NCBI GenBank assembly: GCA_965227515.1 | Contig: CBDDFZ010000001.1 | Span: 1,312,001 to 1,376,000 of the forward strand | Source of the DNA: Alphaproteobacteria bacterium | GTDB taxonomy: Bacteria; Pseudomonadota; Alphaproteobacteria; CALKHQ01 | Direction of reading: 5' to 3' | DNA: 64,000 nucleotides | In this document: piece after piece, positions 59,485 to 64,000 of the stretch | Layout of the letters: each line of letters begins with the position of its first letter | How positions within the stretch are numbered: position 1 is the first letter of the stretch | Notes under the pieces: model-generated | What the model saw: only the letters and a program-made list of their open reading frames with translations | Told to the model about the DNA's origin: nothing | The model's database searches: none | Made by a program: the position numbers and the translations under genes

Positions 59485-61053
59485 ATGACCTCCAATCCGC
59501 CCAACCACACCGTCCTGTCGATCCGCGGGGTGACCAAGCGGTTCGGCGACCTTGTGGCCAACGAGGCCATCGACCTGGAGCTGGAGGCGGGCGAGATCCT
59601 GGCCCTGCTCGGCGAGAACGGCGCCGGCAAGACCACGCTGATGAACATCCTGTTCGGCCACTATGTCGCCGACGAGGGGCACATCGAGGTCGCCGACGAG
59701 GCGGGGCATCTGCGCCCGCTGCGCCCCGGCTCGCCGCAGGCGGCGCTGGCGGCCGGCATCGGCATGGTGCACCAGCACTTCACCCTGGCCGAGAACCTGA
59801 CCGCGCTCGACAATATCGTGCTCGGCACCGAACCGATGTGGCGGCCGTTCCAGCGCAAGCGCGCCGCCATCGCGCACCTGAAGGCGCTGATGGCACGCGC
59901 CGGGCTGAGCGTCGACCTGGAGGTCCCGGTGGCGCGCCTCTCGGTGGGCGAGCGCCAGCGGGTGGAGATCCTGAAGGCGCTCTATCGCGGCGCGCGCGTG
60001 CTGATCCTGGACGAGCCGACGGCGGTGCTGACGCCGCAGGAAAGCGACCAGTTGTTCGAGGTGCTGCGCCGGCTTGCCGCCGACGGCCTTGCCGTCGTCT
60101 TCATCTCCCACAAACTCGCCGAAGTGGTCGCGATCAGCCGCCGAGTGGTGGTGATGCGCGCCGGCCGCCTGGTCGCCACCACCGACACCGCCACCAGCGG
60201 CCCGGCCGAGCTTGCCGCCCTGATGGTCGGGCGCGAGGTCAGCCCGCCGAAGCGCGAGCCGCAGCCGGCCGGCGCGCACCTGCTGCGGATGTCGGCGGTA
60301 ACGGTGATCCGGCCGGACGGGCGCACCGGCCTCGACGCGGTCGACCTGGACGTGCGCCACGGCGAGATCGTCGGCATCGCCGGCGTCTCCGGCAACGGCC
60401 AGACCGCGCTGTCGGACGTGGTGGCCGGGCTGGCGGCCCCGCGATCCGGTCGGATCGAGATCGATGACGCAGACTACCCCGTGCTCAAGCCGCGCGCGCT
60501 GTTGGACGCAAGCGTCGGCCGGGTGCCGGAGGATCGCCACCACGACGCCGTGGTCGGCGACATGGCGGTGTGGGAGAACGCGATCCTGGAGGAGCACGCG
60601 ACGCCCCGTTTTGCCCGGCGCGGTTTCATCGCCCGTGGGGAGGCCATGAGCCACACGCGGCGCATCATCGAAGGTTACGACGTGCGCGGGCGTGGGCCGC
60701 ACACCCGCACCCGCCTGCTTTCCGGCGGCAACATGCAGAAACTCGTCCTGGGCCGGGTGATGGAGCGCTCGCCGTCGCTGATCCTGGCCAACCAGCCGAC
60801 GCGCGGGCTTGATGTCGGCGCGGTCAGCTACGTCCACGGCCAGTTGCTGGCGGCGCGGGGCCGGGGTGCCGGCGTGCTGCTGATCTCCGAGGATCTGGAC
60901 GAGCTGTTCGCGCTCGCCGACCGCATCGCCGTCATCTACGCCGGGCGCCTGTCGCCGCCTGAGCCGACGGAGGAACTGGACCGCGAGCGGGTCGGCCTGA
61001 TGATGGCGGGCCACGCTTCCGATACCGATTCGGGAGCACACCATGCGGCTTGA
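59485..61053 (+). CDS. ABC transporter ATP-binding protein (CUT2 / nucleoside type, duplicated domain)
   Basis: GENGAGKTT, LSVGERQRVEI, LDEPT, LSGGNMQK, QPTRGLDV. Confidence 0.95.
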   Translation: MTSNPPNHTVLSIRGVTKRFGDLVANEAIDLELEAGEILALLGENGAGKTTLMNILFGHYVADEGHIEVADEAGHLRPLRPGSPQAALAAGIGMVHQHFTLAENLTALDNIVLGTEPMWRPFQRKRAAIAHLKALMARAGLSVDLEVPVARLSVGERQRVEILKALYRGARVLILDEPTAVLTPQESDQLFEVLRRLAADGLAVVFISHKLAEVVAISRRVVVMRAGRLVATTDTATSGPAELAALMVGREVSPPKREPQPAGAHLLRMSAVTVIRPDGRTGLDAVDLDVRHGEIVGIAGVSGNGQTALSDVVAGLAAPRSGRIEIDDADYPVLKPRALLDASVGRVPEDRHHDAVVGDMAVWENAILEEHATPRFARRGFIARGEAMSHTRRIIEGYDVRGRGPHTRTRLLSGGNMQKLVLGRVMERSPSLILANQPTRGLDVGAVSYVHGQLLAARGRGAGVLLISEDLDELFALADRIAVIYAGRLSPPEPTEELDRERVGLMMAGHASDTDSGAHHAA

Positions 61054-62125
61054 GCCACGGGATTCGGTGCCGCTGTCGCTTTCCATCGGCGCGCCGATCT
61101 GTGCCGGTGTGGCGGCCCTCATCCTGTCGGCGATCCCGCTGCTGTGGGCGGAGGCGAGCATCGGCGAGGCCATCGGCCTGATGTTCGAGGGCGCGCTCGG
61201 CTCGCGGCTGGCGATCACCGAGACGCTGACCCGGGCGACCCCGCTGATCTTCACCGGGCTGGCCGCCGCCATCGCCTTCCGCGCCAAGCTGTGGAACATC
61301 GGCGCCGAGGGCCAGCTCTATATCGGGGCGCTGGCGGCGGTCGGCATCTCCATGTGGCTTGGGCCAGCGGACTCGTTCGCCTCGCCGGAGGGGCTTGCCG
61401 CCGAGCCGTGGCTGATGATCCCGCTGACCATGCTGGTGGGCGCGATCGCCGGCGCCGTCATGATGCTCGGCCCGACGCTGTTGAAGCTGTTCGCCGGCGT
61501 CGACGAGGTGGTCACCACGCTCTTGATGAACTTCATCATCCTGCTGTTCGTCGGCATGATGCTGGAAGGCGCGATGCAGGACCCGATGGGCATGGGCTGG
61601 CCGCAGACCCCGCCGGTCATGGAGTCCGCCGAGCTGCCGAAGCTGATCCCGCGCACCCGCCTGCACCTGGGCCTGGTGCTCGGCGTCATCGCGGCGTGTG
61701 TGCTGTGGGTGATGGTGCAGCGCTCGGTCTGGGGCTACCGGGTGCGCGCGGTCGGGCTGAACCCGCGCGCGGCGGCATTCGCCGGCATGCCGGTCACCCG
61801 GGTGATGCTGGGTGTCGGCGCGCTCTCCGGCGCGCTGGCCGGGCTCGCGGGCGTCAGCGAGGTCGCGGGCGTGAAGGGCTATGTCACCGAGGATCTGTCG
61901 CCCGGCTTCGGCTACAGCGGCATCGTCGTCGCCATGCTGGCGCAGCTCAATGCGCTCGGCGTCATCGCGGCGGCGATCTTCATCGCGGCGGTGTTCGTCG
62001 GCGCCGACTCCATGAGCCGCGCCATCGGTGTGTCCACCTATCTCGCCAACCTCGTCGTCGCGCTGTCGCTGCTGACGATGCTGCTGGCCGGGCTCGCGGT
62101 GCGCTACCGCATCCGCTGGCGGTAG
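61043..62125 (+). CDS. ABC transporter permease
   Basis: TPLIFTGLA, WNIGAEGQ, DEVVTTL.MNF, G.G.SGI.VA.L. Confidence 0.93.
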   Translation: MRLEPRDSVPLSLSIGAPICAGVAALILSAIPLLWAEASIGEAIGLMFEGALGSRLAITETLTRATPLIFTGLAAAIAFRAKLWNIGAEGQLYIGALAAVGISMWLGPADSFASPEGLAAEPWLMIPLTMLVGAIAGAVMMLGPTLLKLFAGVDEVVTTLLMNFIILLFVGMMLEGAMQDPMGMGWPQTPPVMESAELPKLIPRTRLHLGLVLGVIAACVLWVMVQRSVWGYRVRAVGLNPRAAAFAGMPVTRVMLGVGALSGALAGLAGVSEVAGVKGYVTEDLSPGFGYSGIVVAMLAQLNALGVIAAAIFIAAVFVGADSMSRAIGVSTYLANLVVALSLLTMLLAGLAVRYRIRWR

Positions 62126-62135
62126 GTGCGGGACC

Positions 62136-63083
62136 ATGTTCGAGCAGGCCATCGAGATCTTGTGGACCGTGTCGTTCTGGGCGGCGGCGGTGCGCATCGC
62201 CACCCCGCTGATCTTCGGCACCCTGGGCGAGCTGATCTGCGAGCGCGCCGGCGTGCTGAACCTGGGCATCGAGGGTATTTTCACCGCCGGCGCCATGGTC
62301 GGCTGGCTCACCGTCTACCAAGGCGGCGGGCTGTGGGGCGGCGTCATCGCGGCCGCCGCCGTCGGCATGGTGTTCGGGCTGGTCCATGCGTCGCTGGTGG
62401 TGCCGCTGGGCCTGTCGCAGCATGTCTCCGGCATCGGCGTCACCCTGCTGGCGACCAGCCTGACCTATTTCACCTACCGCATGATCCTGCCCGATGTGGA
62501 CACCCCGCCGCGGATCGATCCGTTCCAGGAGCTGCCGATCCCGCTGTTGTCCGACATCCCGGTCATCGGCCCGGCGCTGTTCCAGCAGACCGCGCTCACC
62601 TACCTCGCGTTCATCTCGGTGGTGGTGGTCGCCTACGTGCTCTACCGCACGCCGCTGGGGCTCGCGGTGCGCACGGTGGGTGAGAACCCGGCCGCCGCCG
62701 AGGCCCAGGGTATCGACGTCTATCTGGTGCGCATGGGTGCGGTGATGGTGGGCAGCGCCTTCATGGCCATCGGCGGCGCGTTCCTCACCATGTCGGCGTT
62801 TAACGCGTTCTTCTTCGAGATGGTTGGCGGGCGCGGCTGGATATGCATCGCGCTGGTGGTGTTCGCGTCATGGAAGCCCGGCAAGGCGCTGCTCGGCGCA
62901 CTGCTGTTCGGCGCGTTCGATGCCTACCAGGTCCGCCTGCAGCAGATCGTCGGCGGCGACGTGCCCTACCAGCTCTTCCTGATGCTGCCCTACGTGCTGT
63001 CGATCCTGGCGCTGATCGTGATGTCGCGCCGCGCCGCCTACCCGCAGGCGCTGATGGTGCCGTACCGGAAGGGGGAGCGGTAG
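62136..63083 (+). CDS. ABC transporter permease
   Basis: ATPL..GTLGE...ERAGVLNLGIEG, GENP.AA...GI, GRGWI..ALV.F..W.P, MLPY. Confidence 0.93.
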   Translation: MFEQAIEILWTVSFWAAAVRIATPLIFGTLGELICERAGVLNLGIEGIFTAGAMVGWLTVYQGGGLWGGVIAAAAVGMVFGLVHASLVVPLGLSQHVSGIGVTLLATSLTYFTYRMILPDVDTPPRIDPFQELPIPLLSDIPVIGPALFQQTALTYLAFISVVVVAYVLYRTPLGLAVRTVGENPAAAEAQGIDVYLVRMGAVMVGSAFMAIGGAFLTMSAFNAFFFEMVGGRGWICIALVVFASWKPGKALLGALLFGAFDAYQVRLQQIVGGDVPYQLFLMLPYVLSILALIVMSRRAAYPQALMVPYRKGER

Positions 63084-63124
63084 TCTGCTGCCCAGACAAG
63101 GCGGCCAAGCCTGTTCCAAGACTC

Positions 63125-63218
63125 CGTCATGCTCGGGCTTGACCCGAGCATCCACGAGATGGCGGCAGCGCCGCCAAGAAGGAAGACGTGGATGCCCGCA
63201 ACAAGTGCGGGCATGACG
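63125..63218. repeat. REP-like palindromic element, family B-related, between convergent genes
   Basis: CGTCATGCTCGGGCTTGACCCGAGCATCCAC ... GTGGATGCCCGCAACAAGTGCGGGCATGACG. Confidence 0.82.
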
Positions 63219-63242
63219 AATAGGGAATTGGATGTCGACGAA

Positions 63243-64000
63243 CTACCGCTCGCCCACGCACACGATGTTGGGCACGTAGCGGTCGATGGCGGGACCGACG
63301 AACAGGTCAGTGTCGCGCAGGTAGAGGTGCGCGCTGGGCCCGCCGTCCAGGTTGATCGCGCGGTCGATCACCGCTCCATCCGGCAGGCGGAGGGCGGCAA
63401 GGAAGTCGGCGAAGTCCTTCAGCGACAGTGACGTGCGCTTTCCGGTGGGCAGGCCGAAGAGGATCGGCCCGGTGACCGCGATCAGCACGACGTCGCCCCG
63501 GTCGGTGATGGCGAACGCCACCCGGTCGTCGCGCGGGCCCTGGCTGACCAGCCCGTCGTTCTGGTTGTCGCGCACCAGGATCGGTTTGGACTGCACCGCC
63601 TCCTCGACGCCGTCGCGCGCATCGCCCTGCAGCTCATGCCAGTACAGAATCGAAGCGGCGCGTTCGCCGCCGACCACCAGCGCACCGCCGACCTGCCAGC
63701 CGACCCATGGCGCGGTCTCGGCGCCGGAGGCCATCGTCCAGCCCAACGGGTAGAACGCGCCGTCCTCGATGCCGAAATAGCCGCCGGTGATGGTCGCCGC
63801 CATGCCGCCGCACGGCCCATCCGCATAGAGCTGGCGGTTGTCCAGTGTCTCGGCGACGTGGACGACCCGCACGTCGAACACGTCGGCGGGGAAGGCGGCG
63901 ACGACGGCGGTCATCTCGACGCCTTGCAGCGGTGACGGCGCCGTCGATTCGCAAATGGTGGAACCGCCGCGGCCCGCCGCGCAGTCGAGATCGAGCAGCG
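63243..64000 (-). CDS. Phosphodiester glycosidase (DUF2233/NAGPA-like) family protein, 5' end outside window
   Basis: I.GGYF, P.G, QS.P.LV, R.A..I, AINLDGGPS; frame open to the window end. Confidence 0.8.
   Translation of the reverse strand, partial: LLDLDCAAGRGGSTICESTAPSPLQGVEMTAVVAAFPADVFDVRVVHVAETLDNRQLYADGPCGGMAATITGGYFGIEDGAFYPLGWTMASGAETAPWVGWQVGGALVVGGERAASILYWHELQGDARDGVEEAVQSKPILVRDNQNDGLVSQGPRDDRVAFAITDRGDVVLIAVTGPILFGLPTGKRTSLSLKDFADFLAALRLPDGAVIDRAINLDGGPSAHLYLRDTDLFVGPAIDRYVPNIVCVGER

Overview
GC-rich alphaproteobacterial chromosome segment (gene order and proteins look Rhodospirillales-like; this is an inference). The core blocks are hemD-mic60(COG4223)-hemY, lolA, yebC-ruvCAB-ybgC-tolQRAB-pal-cpoB-tilS-ftsH, an OmpA-family lipoprotein, dacB, gor, a class II DAHP synthase, an ATP-dependent ligase, and a deaminase plus BMP-type nucleoside ABC operon. 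There are two tRNA genes (Gly-CCC and Thr-CGT, both on the minus strand), five IS elements and two families of dispersed palindromic repeats. Main observations: (1) Two apparently identical 1,296-bp IS481-family elements each sit 9-10 bp downstream of the CCA end of a different tRNA gene, in the same relative orientation, with different 3-bp target duplications (AAA vs TTT). This suggests position-based tRNA-gene targeting by a single-ORF DDE transposase. (2) An IS110 element has bridge-RNA target and donor loops that can be read directly from the sequence; they match the REP-like repeat it interrupts and a second, empty site in the window. (3) A putatively exported protein fuses a pseudo-caspase to a CHAT protease. 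(4) A Mic60 homologue carries a Cro-like HTH. (5) A protoglobin islet is bracketed by a duplicated ftsH 3' end. (6) A candidate sRNA is bracketed by CtrA boxes. All calls come from reading the sequence by eye; no database searches or alignments were run, so novelty is unverified.
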